Positions 10,222 through 20,283 of a stretch of DNA of 64,000 bases are shown one piece after another. Each line of letters begins with the position of its first letter. The first letter of the stretch is position 1. The DNA is taken from the NCBI GenBank assembly GCA_002719295.1, contig PBHC01000012.1:109930-173929 (forward strand), read 5' to 3'. The notes under the pieces were generated by a model. It made no database searches. It was not told the origin of the DNA and saw only the letters and a program-made list of their open reading frames with translations. This DNA comes from Chloroflexota bacterium. Lineage in GTDB: Bacteria; Chloroflexota; Dehalococcoidia; Lucifugimonadales; Lucifugimonadaceae. The position numbers were made by a program, and so were the translations under genes.

Positions 10222-11274
10222 GTGACTAGTCAAAATGAAATCACTGCAGCTTTGGATGATGGAACTGGTGATTATATTGTTCAACAAATTCCTTTCCCAA
10301 ATATTTTTAATGGAGCTGCAATCGTTAATATAAAATCTTCAGGAATTTGTGGATCTGATTTACATATGACTAATGAGAGATCGGAGCCTCAAGTAGTTCC
10401 AAGTGGTCATGAAATTGCTGGAGTGATAGAAGAGTTGCCAAAAACATATTCTGGAAATTTAAGAATAGGGGATAGAGTTGCAATAGATAATATAGGTGCA
10501 GGAAAATCTTGTAATAATTGTTATTTTTGTAAGTATGGTCAATTTAGGCATTGTACGAATCCCGCTGAAGAAACTGGTGGCGGATTTTCTCAATACATTA
10601 CACGTAGGCCCAATGGATTATTTAAAATTTCTGATTCAATGGATTGGAAAGACGGTGCATTAGTTGAACCAATGGCTGTCTCAGTACATGGATTTAGATT
10701 TGCGCAGTTTTTACCCGGAGAAAGTGTAGCAATTGTAGGGTCTTCTACAATTGGTCTATCTGCAATTTCAGTAGCAAAATACTTTGGAGCTAAGACTGTT
10801 ATTGCTTCAGCAAAATATCCACATCAAGCAGAAGCTGCAAAAAATATGGGAGCTGATATTGTTGTAGGAGCAGAACCTGGAGAGCTTGAAGAAAAATGTT
10901 TTGAAATATCTAATGGAATTGGAGTAGATGTTGTTGTAGAAACAATTGGAGGTACATCAGCAGGACCGTTAGTCCAGGCTGCAAAATGTGTTAAAAATAC
11001 AGGTAAAGTGATAGTATTAGGCGGGTTTAGAAATCCTGTAGAAATAGACTTTTTGCAACCGATGATCAAAGAGATAAGTTTTATTCCAGCCACTTGTTAT
11101 GCAAATATAAACGGGAAACATGATTTTGAAATTGCTGTAGATATTTTATCCTCAGGAAAGCATCCATATAAAAAAATAGTTACTCATGAGTATTCTTTAG
11201 AAAAAATCCAAGAGGGATTTAAGGTTGCTTATGACAAAAATTCAGGATCAATTAAAGTTCATATAATCCAATAA
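10222..11274 (+). CDS. Zinc-dependent alcohol/sugar dehydrogenase (MDR family)
   Basis: GICGSD, GHE, C-x2-C-x2-C-x7-C structural zinc site; AAGGAG RBS before GTG start. Confidence 0.9.
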   Translation: MTSQNEITAALDDGTGDYIVQQIPFPNIFNGAAIVNIKSSGICGSDLHMTNERSEPQVVPSGHEIAGVIEELPKTYSGNLRIGDRVAIDNIGAGKSCNNCYFCKYGQFRHCTNPAEETGGGFSQYITRRPNGLFKISDSMDWKDGALVEPMAVSVHGFRFAQFLPGESVAIVGSSTIGLSAISVAKYFGAKTVIASAKYPHQAEAAKNMGADIVVGAEPGELEEKCFEISNGIGVDVVVETIGGTSAGPLVQAAKCVKNTGKVIVLGGFRNPVEIDFLQPMIKEISFIPATCYANINGKHDFEIAVDILSSGKHPYKKIVTHEYSLEKIQEGFKVAYDKNSGSIKVHIIQ

Positions 11275-11277
11275 ATT

Positions 11278-11955
11278 TTATCTTTTAGAGACTATATTTA
11301 TAAGCCTTCTAAGTGTAACGCTCCATATGATTACTGAACTAATTGCTATTGATAAAGGTTCACCAGGGACCCCTCTTCTCCAATCATCGATATCTTTTAC
11401 TGAATCAAAAAGGATAAATTTATACAGTTCATCGATTGTTCCTACTAATGCTGTAATAGAAATTAGACCAAAAAAAACAGTTCCTGCAAAAACTAAAATT
11501 TTGAACATAATATCATTTGTGTTACTTTGATTATTTGAAAGATCATTCCTTTTTTGAAGAAATACATGGACTAAATATATAATCCCACTAATTATTGCAG
11601 TTGTAATACCAGTAAAAAGACTTGCCTCTACACTTCCATCATACATAAGGTTAGTTTTTGGTATTTGTGATCCATTAATATTTTCTGTTACATTAATCAT
11701 TTCATAGCTAAAGCTAGATCCAAATAATGAAGCAAATAAGCCTTGTAATATTCTAGAAATTCCTGCTAGACAAAAAACCCCACCAGAAATAAGCCTTACA
11801 AAATAGAAGTAACCATTCAATGATAAATCGAAACTAATTTTTACACCTGAGTTTTTTAATGAATACCCAATAAGAAAAATAACTCCAGATATAATAAGAA
11901 CTGCAAATAAAATTCCAATTGCTACACCTATAAAATCAAACATACTCAATCTCAA
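11278..11955 (-). CDS. Multi-pass membrane protein (DUF5671-like)
   Basis: About five hydrophobic helices with Y.Y.V..IS pattern; family call is from recollection only. Confidence 0.55.
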   Translation of the reverse strand: MRLSMFDFIGVAIGILFAVLIISGVIFLIGYSLKNSGVKISFDLSLNGYFYFVRLISGGVFCLAGISRILQGLFASLFGSSFSYEMINVTENINGSQIPKTNLMYDGSVEASLFTGITTAIISGIIYLVHVFLQKRNDLSNNQSNTNDIMFKILVFAGTVFFGLISITALVGTIDELYKFILFDSVKDIDDWRRGVPGEPLSIAISSVIIWSVTLRRLINIVSKR

Positions 11956-12040
11956 GCTACTTTATGTTATGAATATTATACTATTACGTAATAATTTATA
12001 ATTGAGATATAAAGATTTTTATTATAGTTTATGATGGCTT

Positions 12041-12232
12041 ATGAAAAAAAACATTAAAGTTATTGATGATAAGAATAAAATAAATGATCCTTGGGAAGAT
12101 TATATTAATCAAGGTTATGACAATCTGAGTAAATTTCAAAAAATACTTAGATTTAGTGTAATTTTTTCTATTATATTGATTTTATTTATAATTATAATTG
12201 GATATCTTTTAGTAAAAACTGGTCAGTGGTAA
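12041..12232 (+). CDS. Small membrane protein
   Basis: ATG ORF with C-terminal TM helix, 5 nt before the next gene. Confidence 0.55.
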   Translation: MKKNIKVIDDKNKINDPWEDYINQGYDNLSKFQKILRFSVIFSIILILFIIIIGYLLVKTGQW

Positions 12233-12237
12233 ATTGA

Positions 12238-13215
12238 ATGGATATTTTAACTCTTAATATAATTATTTTTGCAATTAGTGCTGTTTCTACAGTTATCTTT
12301 GGTAGTTATTTAGCAAAATATGGAGATGTATTAGCATCAATAACTGGATTAGGTCGCTTATTTATAGGAAGTATACTTGTAGCATTAGCAACATCTCTTC
12401 CTGAACTATCCGCTAATATATCTGCAGTGTTATTAGATCCTCCAAACCCAGCTCTTGCACTTGGAGATATACTTGGTTCAAACATGATCAACATGCTTAT
12501 ATTTTGTTCAATTGCACTTCTTTTTGGTGGCAAAACTGTAATTGATCAAATATCAAGTAGCCAAATTTATCTTGCAGCACTGGCTACATTTATGACTGTA
12601 GTTGTTTTACTAGTTACTTTTCTAAATTTTTCATATTCTTTCTATAATGTAGGTTTATCTTCATTCATTATTTTTATCTTTTATGTGATAGGACTTAGAT
12701 ATACATATAAGTTGAAACCAGACGAAGAAATAGAAGAGGACGATTCAGATATCACACCTTTCAAAGCTTGGTTTTATTTTATTCTTATTTCAGTAGGAGT
12801 TGTTTTTTCTGGATATTTTTTAGCTTATAGCGTAGATAATATTTCTCATGAAACAGGAGTAGCATCAAGTACCTTAGGCATAATTGTTTCATCCATAGTT
12901 ACTTCCATGCCTGAAGCTTCATCATATATAGCTTCTGTAAGAATGAAGGCTACTGACTTAGGAGTAGCAGGCTTATTTGGAAGTTGTGTATTTAATGTGA
13001 CTATTATTTTTTATACAGATATTTTTTATGTTGGAAACATAATTGAGCAATTTGAAAGTGCTCATATAATTGCCACAATAACAGGACTTTTATTGATATC
13101 AATTTCTGCATTATTGATATTTTTGAAAGGTAATTTATCTGGATATATGAAAAATGCTTTTCTTGTTGTTTTAGTTCTAATATATATAGCAGGAATCTTT
13201 TTTATAACCACATAA
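12238..13215 (+). CDS. Sodium:calcium (CaCA) antiporter
   Basis: Two alpha-repeats: ATSLPE...GSN and VTSMPE...GS..FN. Confidence 0.88.
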   Translation: MDILTLNIIIFAISAVSTVIFGSYLAKYGDVLASITGLGRLFIGSILVALATSLPELSANISAVLLDPPNPALALGDILGSNMINMLIFCSIALLFGGKTVIDQISSSQIYLAALATFMTVVVLLVTFLNFSYSFYNVGLSSFIIFIFYVIGLRYTYKLKPDEEIEEDDSDITPFKAWFYFILISVGVVFSGYFLAYSVDNISHETGVASSTLGIIVSSIVTSMPEASSYIASVRMKATDLGVAGLFGSCVFNVTIIFYTDIFYVGNIIEQFESAHIIATITGLLLISISALLIFLKGNLSGYMKNAFLVVLVLIYIAGIFFITT

Positions 13216-13219
13216 GTGC

Positions 13220-14323
13220 TTATATTGTAAAATCTATTATTCCTCTACCATCTTTTCCATTCTCTAGATCTTTATATGCTTCATTGATTTGATCTAATGG
13301 GTATTTTCTTTCTATAACAGAATTTATATCTAGTTTACCTGTTTTATAAAAATCAATTATTCTTTCAAAAGTTACATGAGGAGATACTGATCCATAGTAT
13401 GAACCCACAAGAGTTTTATGATCTCTTACCATATCAACTAAATCTATATTTGCGGTCATTCCCATTGGAGCGAGTCCAATAATTACACCAGTTCCTCCTT
13501 TTTTCAAGGATTTCATCATCTGTTCTGTTGTAATAGAACTTCCAAAGGCATCAAATCCAAAATCTACGCCCTGTCCATTTGTAATTTCTTGAATTTTTTC
13601 TTGAACATCGTCAGTTTTAGAATTAATTGTATGGGTTGCTCCAAATTTATAACTAAATTCAAGTTTGCTATCTAGTATATCTACCGCAATAATTTTAGAA
13701 GAGTTCATTATTTGACCACCCAATATAGTGTTCAGTCCTACTCCTCCTGTACCAAAAACGGCAATAGTTGCACCTGGGAAGATGTTTTTTTGATTAATTA
13801 CTCCCCCTACCCCTGTAGTAACAGAGCACCCAATTAAGCATGCAACATCTATTGGAACGTCATCATCTATCTTGAAACATGCATTTTCAGGGATAACAAT
13901 TTCTTCAGCAAAAACTCCTAGTTTTGCCATCTGATGAATTTCTTCATTTTTTTCATCTTTTAATCTAAATGTTCCATCGTATTGCTTAGTTCCTGTAAGC
14001 CTATTAGTGTCACATAGATTCCCTAATCCATTTCTACAAGAAACACACGATCCACAACTAGCTACAAAAGATAAAATACATTTATCGCCTTTACTTACAG
14101 ATGTAACATTTTCTCCAATATCTTCTATTATCCCAGCACCTTCGTGACCTAAAACAATTGGCATTGGGAATGCTGTTTCACCTTTCATGATATGGTGATC
14201 TGAAGCACATACCCCAGCAGCTAACATTTTTACCTTAACTTCATTGCTTTTTGGAGATTCTTGGTGAAGATCTTTTATGATCATTGGCTTGTTAGCTTCA
14301 TATAGAACTGCTGCTTTAACCAT
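13220..14323 (-). CDS. Zn-dependent alcohol dehydrogenase, class III / formaldehyde dehydrogenase-like
   Basis: GVCASD, LGHEGAG, C-x2-C-x2-C-x7-C, GCSVTTGVG, GTGGVG. Confidence 0.88.
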   Translation of the reverse strand: MVKAAVLYEANKPMIIKDLHQESPKSNEVKVKMLAAGVCASDHHIMKGETAFPMPIVLGHEGAGIIEDIGENVTSVSKGDKCILSFVASCGSCVSCRNGLGNLCDTNRLTGTKQYDGTFRLKDEKNEEIHQMAKLGVFAEEIVIPENACFKIDDDVPIDVACLIGCSVTTGVGGVINQKNIFPGATIAVFGTGGVGLNTILGGQIMNSSKIIAVDILDSKLEFSYKFGATHTINSKTDDVQEKIQEITNGQGVDFGFDAFGSSITTEQMMKSLKKGGTGVIIGLAPMGMTANIDLVDMVRDHKTLVGSYYGSVSPHVTFERIIDFYKTGKLDINSVIERKYPLDQINEAYKDLENGKDGRGIIDFTI

Positions 14324-14325
14324 AA

Positions 14326-15540
14326 TTATTTTCCTTTATTAGGCTTTATTCTTACAAAAATAAAACTGATTATTGAAATTATTAAAATCAATTCTACAAG
14401 ATTAAATGCTAAAGTATAAGTTTTATATCTATCAAAAATTATACCTGAGAATATAGGACCAATAATTATAGGTAATGCTATTGGCATATTGATAAAACCA
14501 AAAATTGAAGAATATTTTTTCAATCCAAATAATTCAGTTGTAATTGCAGGACCCAATACTCCCATAGCACCAATTCCTAAGCCCATCAATGAAGATCCAA
14601 TCCACATTAACTCTTGTCTGTCAGCAAGGACAAATTGTATCCCAATCATTTGGAAAATTACTACAATTATTAAAATAAACCTTGATGGAATCAAATCGCT
14701 TAGCCAACCACTTATTAATTTACTTATAACCGCAAATATTCCAAATGCGGACATCATAGAGGAAGCTAAACCAACATTCACTCCTTTAGCTACAAAATGA
14801 GGGACCAGTTGTATTACAACTGTGGTTCTAGCAAATTGTTGTAAAGTCATTCCTGATACTAAAAACCAAAAAGCACTAGTTTTGATAGCTTCTGATAACT
14901 CATAATCTTTTTCAGAGCCTTTTTTTGCTTCATTTTTATTTCTAGATTCAAAATCATGATTTTTATCATCCCTTATAAATATAAGAACTAAAATAAGTAC
15001 AATAAATGTTGATATACCTAGAGCATAAAAAGCAAATCTCCAACCTGATGCGAGAATTATAAAGGTCGCAATTGGTACAGTTACAACTGCTGAAAAATTA
15101 TTTCCAGCCATTGTAAAACCGATCATCCTTCCTCTAATTTTTGGGAACCATAAACCCATAAGTTTACCTAGAGGAAGCTGTGTAGCTCCAGGAATCCCTA
15201 CATATAGTAGTATGCTTGATACATAAAGTTGCCATAAGTCACTCATAGAGCCCCTCATAAAGAAACCTAAAGTAACAAGTAATAAAGAAAGTGACATTAT
15301 TTTAGTAGATCCAAACCTGTCTAAAAACCTCCCTGCTACAGGGGCTATAAACGAACTGGCTATACCTAAAGATAAAGATAAGTTAATTTGAGTTCTTGAC
15401 CATCCGAATTCTTCTTCTAAGGGAATTACAAAAGCCTGAAATGCATATTGTACAAATCCTATGGATGTACCAACAGAAAGAAATGTAGTTCCTGCAACAA
15501 GCCACCTTCTGTATTGATAACTAAATAAATTAAAACTCAT
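14326..15540 (-). CDS. MFS transporter
   Basis: GWSRT, GRFLDRFG motif A, WFPK.RG; about 12 TM segments. Confidence 0.9.
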   Translation of the reverse strand: MSFNLFSYQYRRWLVAGTTFLSVGTSIGFVQYAFQAFVIPLEEEFGWSRTQINLSLSLGIASSFIAPVAGRFLDRFGSTKIMSLSLLLVTLGFFMRGSMSDLWQLYVSSILLYVGIPGATQLPLGKLMGLWFPKIRGRMIGFTMAGNNFSAVVTVPIATFIILASGWRFAFYALGISTFIVLILVLIFIRDDKNHDFESRNKNEAKKGSEKDYELSEAIKTSAFWFLVSGMTLQQFARTTVVIQLVPHFVAKGVNVGLASSMMSAFGIFAVISKLISGWLSDLIPSRFILIIVVIFQMIGIQFVLADRQELMWIGSSLMGLGIGAMGVLGPAITTELFGLKKYSSIFGFINMPIALPIIIGPIFSGIIFDRYKTYTLAFNLVELILIISIISFIFVRIKPNKGK

Positions 15541-16655
15541 GTTCTTATAATTAGGTCTTCCTTAATTGTTACACCAAGTCCTGATCCTTCAGGAACTTTG
15601 ATTTTTCCATTAATTACTTCTGGGTTTTCATTGAAAATATAAAATTTATGTTTATAGCTACTTAAAGGAGGGTCATTTAGCATTTCACAATAAGGGGCAT
15701 TTTCCCAAGTTGAAAGAAGATGAATATGAGCAATAACTCCAATATCTCCTCCTCCATGATGCGGAACAATTTCTTTATTATGTTTTTTTGATAAATCTCC
15801 AATTTCTATAAGAGGAGAAATTCCTCCCAAAACCATAGATTCGGGTTGTAAAATATCATAAGCATTCTTTTCAATCATTTCATGAAAATCTGACACTACT
15901 GTATTATTTTCTCCTCCAGCAATCTTTGTTTTTTTCATTGATACTAGTTCAGAAAGTTCTCTGTAATTAAATCTAGGCCTTGGTTCTTCAAGCCAATAAC
16001 ATCCAAGTTCATGCATTGCTTCATTTGTTTTTTTTGCTCTATCCATATCCCAAATCACCCCAGGTTGCCAAGGATAACTTGATTGTGCTTGATTTGCGTC
16101 AACTAAAATATCTAATTTTCCATTAGTTTTTGATACTATTTTTTCTATAGTTTCTATATCTTTTTCATAATCATTATGATGTAACCTAACCTTTATAGAT
16201 TTCCATCCTTCTTTCAATAAATTTTCAGATAATTCAGCTCTCTCATCTGGATCTGAAAGAATAACAAAACTTGAATAAGGAATTAAATAATCTTTTTTCT
16301 TGCCTAAAATCTCTGAAATAGACTTCCCTTCTATTTTTCCTTTTAAATCCCACAAAGCTATATCTATCCCAGCCAATCCATTATATGGAATATTTCTAGT
16401 TTTATAGATCAAATACTTAAAATGACTAATCACATCCACAGGACTTTTTCCAACTAAGTATTCTTTTGCATCATTCAAAATTGATTGATCACATCCAGGT
16501 CCTATTCCAATAGTTCCATCATCTAATTCAATTTCTGTAAATGTTGTTCCTCCGATATTTGATTTTACTGAACTACCGGGACTCCAAGCTGGTTCAACAT
16601 CTCCCAAATATTCTACTAATTTAGTTTTAGAGAGTCTTAAGTCTTTAATTTTCAT
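15537..16655 (-). CDS. Mandelate racemase/muconate lactonizing (enolase superfamily) enzyme
   Basis: DIALWDLKGK, K-x-R, VDAN, WLEEP, GGEN, P.GSGLG. Start moved to the ATG at 16655, which has a GAGG RBS. Confidence 0.88.
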   Translation of the reverse strand: MKIKDLRLSKTKLVEYLGDVEPAWSPGSSVKSNIGGTTFTEIELDDGTIGIGPGCDQSILNDAKEYLVGKSPVDVISHFKYLIYKTRNIPYNGLAGIDIALWDLKGKIEGKSISEILGKKKDYLIPYSSFVILSDPDERAELSENLLKEGWKSIKVRLHHNDYEKDIETIEKIVSKTNGKLDILVDANQAQSSYPWQPGVIWDMDRAKKTNEAMHELGCYWLEEPRPRFNYRELSELVSMKKTKIAGGENNTVVSDFHEMIEKNAYDILQPESMVLGGISPLIEIGDLSKKHNKEIVPHHGGGDIGVIAHIHLLSTWENAPYCEMLNDPPLSSYKHKFYIFNENPEVINGKIKVPEGSGLGVTIKEDLIIRT

Positions 16656-16752
16656 ATTTTCCTCTATACAATTTTTTTTTTTATTGGATATGATAATTTT
16701 CAAATGTTATATAAATTACAAACACTAAACTATACTCTAATGGGACAGAATT

Positions 16753-17943
16753 ATGAAAATTAAATCAATCGAAGCTTTTACAATCGAATTAAAACCCAAT
16801 ATAAAAACTAAACCTAGAGTGCCTAAATCTAATGATCCTTATGACACTAGAGGAATGGTAAGCCCAATGAATAGATATCCAGGTATCCCTAGGTCTGAAT
16901 GGACTGCTAATTGGAAAAGAACGGCATGTATAGTAAAGGGTGAAGATGGAACTTGGGGGTTTGGATTTACCCTATATTCAGGTGTTACTGAGTCAATAAT
17001 AAATGATCACTTGGCTAAAATTTTAGTTGGTAAAGATTGTATGTCTACTGAAATGCTTTGGGATATTATGCAGCAATCAACAATTCCATATGGTACATCT
17101 GGATTATCAAGTTTTGCAATAAGTGCAGTAGATAATGCTATTTGGGATCTTAAGGGTAAAGTTTTAGATAGGCCAGTTTATGAAATTATTGGAGGGCCTC
17201 AAAAGGATAAAATATTTTGTTACGCAAGTAATACTAGTTTTGAATATGGGACTAAAAATAGCATAGAGTGGTTCTTAGAATTAGGATTTAAAGCCGTAAA
17301 ACTCTTTTTAAGAGAAGGGCCAGAGAGTAATCTTGAAGGAATAAACAGAGCTGAAGAGTTAGTTGCTTCAACAAGAGAACAAGTGGGACCTGATGTAGAA
17401 ATAGCTGTTGATGCATGGATGTCCTTAAATAATGAGTATGCTGTTAGGTTAGCAGAAGCATTAAGGCCATACAAAATTAAGTGGATGGAGGATTACTTAA
17501 ATCCAGAAAATCTAGATGGTTATCAAAACTTAAGAAATAGAATACCTTGGCAAACTTTAGCAACTGGAGAACATTGGTATTCATTGTATCCCTTCGCTGT
17601 GGCTGCTAGTAAAGGAATCGTAGATATTTTTCAACCAGACTTGAATTGGGTAGGGGGAATAACAGCAGGAATAAAGATTTGTCACTTAGCAGAAGCGCAT
17701 GGTCTTTCAGTAATTCCTCATGCTAGTACAAACTATCCATATGGACAACATTTGGCTTTTTCTATGCCATCAGTGCCTTGGGCAGAAAGATCAGAAGGAG
17801 TTTCTCCTCCAGGAGTTCCATTAGAAGAAATGGTTTTATTACCTGGAACACCTACAATTAAAGATGGCTATATTATTCCATCAGATGCTCCTGGTTTTGG
17901 GTTAGAAATTACAGAAGACTGGCTTAAGGAAAGAGCGGTTTAG
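16753..17943 (+). CDS. Enolase superfamily acid-sugar dehydratase (L-rhamnonate dehydratase-like)
   Basis: SAVDNAIWDLKGK, VDAWMS, WMED, TGEHW, QPD, IPH, PGFG. Confidence 0.85.
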   Translation: MKIKSIEAFTIELKPNIKTKPRVPKSNDPYDTRGMVSPMNRYPGIPRSEWTANWKRTACIVKGEDGTWGFGFTLYSGVTESIINDHLAKILVGKDCMSTEMLWDIMQQSTIPYGTSGLSSFAISAVDNAIWDLKGKVLDRPVYEIIGGPQKDKIFCYASNTSFEYGTKNSIEWFLELGFKAVKLFLREGPESNLEGINRAEELVASTREQVGPDVEIAVDAWMSLNNEYAVRLAEALRPYKIKWMEDYLNPENLDGYQNLRNRIPWQTLATGEHWYSLYPFAVAASKGIVDIFQPDLNWVGGITAGIKICHLAEAHGLSVIPHASTNYPYGQHLAFSMPSVPWAERSEGVSPPGVPLEEMVLLPGTPTIKDGYIIPSDAPGFGLEITEDWLKERAV

Positions 17944-18039
17944 TTAAAATTTAATATTTTTATATGACATTTCAAAATAATTGATATATTATATTTTTCT
18001 AAACAAGGTTTATTACAAATGAAATTATTGGAGAATTAA

Positions 18040-18813
18040 ATGAATAAAGTAAAAGAGAATTTAAAGGCAGGAAAAACAGTAGTAGGCTGTGCAGGATCCC
18101 CTTGGGTAGAAAATATGAGCATATTAGCTGATTCTGATTATGATTTTATATTATATGACACTCAGCATTCACCATTTATGGTAAAAGAATTTATTCCAGC
18201 TATTGCTTCAATGGCGGGGAAAAATGCTTCTCCTATAGTGAGAGTAAGCGCAAATCAACCAGATCTTATATGTTTTGCTTTAGACGCAGGAGCTAGAGGA
18301 ATAGTTGTTCCAATGGTAAATACAAAAGAAGAAGCTGAGGCAATGGTCAGAGCTTGTAAATATGCTCCATTAGGAGATAGAAGTAATGCCGGCCTTAGAG
18401 GTGATTGGGGAGTAGACGTTAAAGAATATTCTACAAAAGAAAAATATAGAGAATATTTAGATATGTATAATGATGAAGTTTTGATTGCTCCTATGATAGA
18501 AACTCAACAAGCTATTGACAACATAGATGAGATTTTAAGTGTAGACGGTATAGATGTATTGCTTATTGGTCCTTCTGATTTATCTATAGAACTTGGAGTT
18601 TCATTAGATTTTGAATCAAGTGAATACGAAAAAGGTTTGGATATAATTGCTGAGGCATGCAAAAGACATGGAGTCGTACCTGGAATGTATTTTATCCCTC
18701 CAACTATGGATCCTAACTTTTTTGTAGATAAAGGATATAAATTTTTCACAATGCCATGGGGTAATTGGGCAACTCAAGGAATTTCTGAAGGATTAAAGTC
18801 AATTAAAAGATAA
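18040..18813 (+). CDS. HpcH/HpaI aldolase family protein
   Basis: DTQHS, VRV, ALDAGARGIVVPMV, MIET, IGPSDLS. Confidence 0.9.
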   Translation: MNKVKENLKAGKTVVGCAGSPWVENMSILADSDYDFILYDTQHSPFMVKEFIPAIASMAGKNASPIVRVSANQPDLICFALDAGARGIVVPMVNTKEEAEAMVRACKYAPLGDRSNAGLRGDWGVDVKEYSTKEKYREYLDMYNDEVLIAPMIETQQAIDNIDEILSVDGIDVLLIGPSDLSIELGVSLDFESSEYEKGLDIIAEACKRHGVVPGMYFIPPTMDPNFFVDKGYKFFTMPWGNWATQGISEGLKSIKR

Positions 18814-18933
18814 AAAATAATTTATCTAACATTGTTTTAAGAATTTAGACCAGTATCAGTAGTAATAATCATCAGCTAGATAAGGAATTACTCTATAGAA
18901 TTGAATTCTACGATTAAAAAACCGTAGAAAAAT

Positions 18934-20130
18934 ATGACTTCTTTTTTAGATTACAATTTAGCTGATGGTTTAATTAAATCATTAAAATATTTAAAATTTC
19001 ATAAACCGACAGAAATTCAAGAAAAAACTATACCAATTGCTTTAAAGAACAATGACGTACTTGCAAGTGCTGAAACAGGTTCGGGGAAGACTGCTGCATA
19101 CCTGATTCCGTTGATACAAAAAATAACTTCATCACCAAATACTTATGGTTTAATTCTTGTTCCTACTAGAGAATTAGCAAAACAAGTAGCAGATGTTGGA
19201 ATTTCCCTCAAAGGATACAAAAGTAAAATTTTAATAACTCAAGTTGTGGGTGGAGCAAGCTTAAACAATCAGGTTTCTCAATTAAAAAAATCTCCAAAAA
19301 TAATCATAGGAACCCCAGGAAGAATTAACGATCTATTACTTAGGAAATCTTTATCATTGAAAAACTTTAATTTTCTTGTTCTGGATGAAGCGGACAGAAT
19401 GTTGGACATGGGTTTTGAAGACCAAGTTGAGAAAATCTTAAAATATTTACCTAAAAAAAGGCAATCCTTACTTTTTTCAGCAACAATACCAGAGAGAATT
19501 AAAAAACTTTCAACAAAATATTTAAAATCACCTCATAGAGTAGAAGTTAAAGAAAATAATGTTATAAAAACTCAAATTACTCAAAAAATCATACAAACCA
19601 CACAAGAAAAAAAATATGATGAATTACTTGATGAAATAACAGAAAGACGCGGTTCAATTTTAATTTTTGTAAGGACAAAATACTTAACTGAAAAATTAAA
19701 GAAGAGGTTGAAACAAGATACAGTCAAAAGTTTGGCTCTTCATGGAGATCTAAGACAAAACAGAAGAAATAGAGTGATAGATGATTTTAAAAAATCTAAA
19801 TATAGAATACTTATTGCTACTGATATTGCTTCAAGAGGCTTAGATATTCCTCATATTGAACACGTAATAAACTATGATATGCCTCAAGTTCCTGAAGACT
19901 ATATTCACAGAATAGGTAGAACAGCAAGAGCTGGTTCAATTGGAGAAGCTGTCAGTTTTATTTCTCCTAGAGATGCAAAAATGTGGAAAATAATAGAGAA
20001 GCTTTTGGATAAAACCAAAAATCCTGACAAGAAATTTACCGAAGAAAAAATCGAAAAAAAACCAAAAGAAAATAGATTTAAAAAGCGAAGAAGAAATTCC
20101 AGAAAATACTATCAAAGATCTAAAAAATAA
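18934..20130 (+). CDS. DEAD-box RNA helicase
   Basis: Q motif, AETGSGKT, PTRELA, TPGR, DEAD, SAT, HRIGRTARAG; basic C-terminal tail. Confidence 0.95.
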   Translation: MTSFLDYNLADGLIKSLKYLKFHKPTEIQEKTIPIALKNNDVLASAETGSGKTAAYLIPLIQKITSSPNTYGLILVPTRELAKQVADVGISLKGYKSKILITQVVGGASLNNQVSQLKKSPKIIIGTPGRINDLLLRKSLSLKNFNFLVLDEADRMLDMGFEDQVEKILKYLPKKRQSLLFSATIPERIKKLSTKYLKSPHRVEVKENNVIKTQITQKIIQTTQEKKYDELLDEITERRGSILIFVRTKYLTEKLKKRLKQDTVKSLALHGDLRQNRRNRVIDDFKKSKYRILIATDIASRGLDIPHIEHVINYDMPQVPEDYIHRIGRTARAGSIGEAVSFISPRDAKMWKIIEKLLDKTKNPDKKFTEEKIEKKPKENRFKKRRRNSRKYYQRSKK

Positions 20131-20203
20131 GTCTGTTACCAACTTTTCCTGATTTATTACCCAATTGTTTAAGTGAGATTTTTTTAATTTGAACTCAGAA
20201 GTT

Positions 20204-20280
20204 TGGTACCCCGTACCGGATTTGAACCGGTGATCTCCTGCGTGAAAGGCAGGCGTGTTAGGCCACTACACCAACGGGGC
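20204..20280 (-). tRNA. tRNA-Glu (TTC)
   Basis: Reverse complement GCCCCGTTGGTGTAGTGGCCTAACACGCCTGCCTTTCACGCAGGAGATCACCGGTTCAAATCCGGTACGGGGTACCA folds as a cloverleaf with TTC anticodon and encoded CCA. Confidence 0.97.
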
Positions 20281-20283
20281 ATA

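Noticed and set aside
20131..20283. Genomic island boundary at tRNA-Glu
   Set aside because: No partial tRNA-Glu repeat or mobility gene found in the window.
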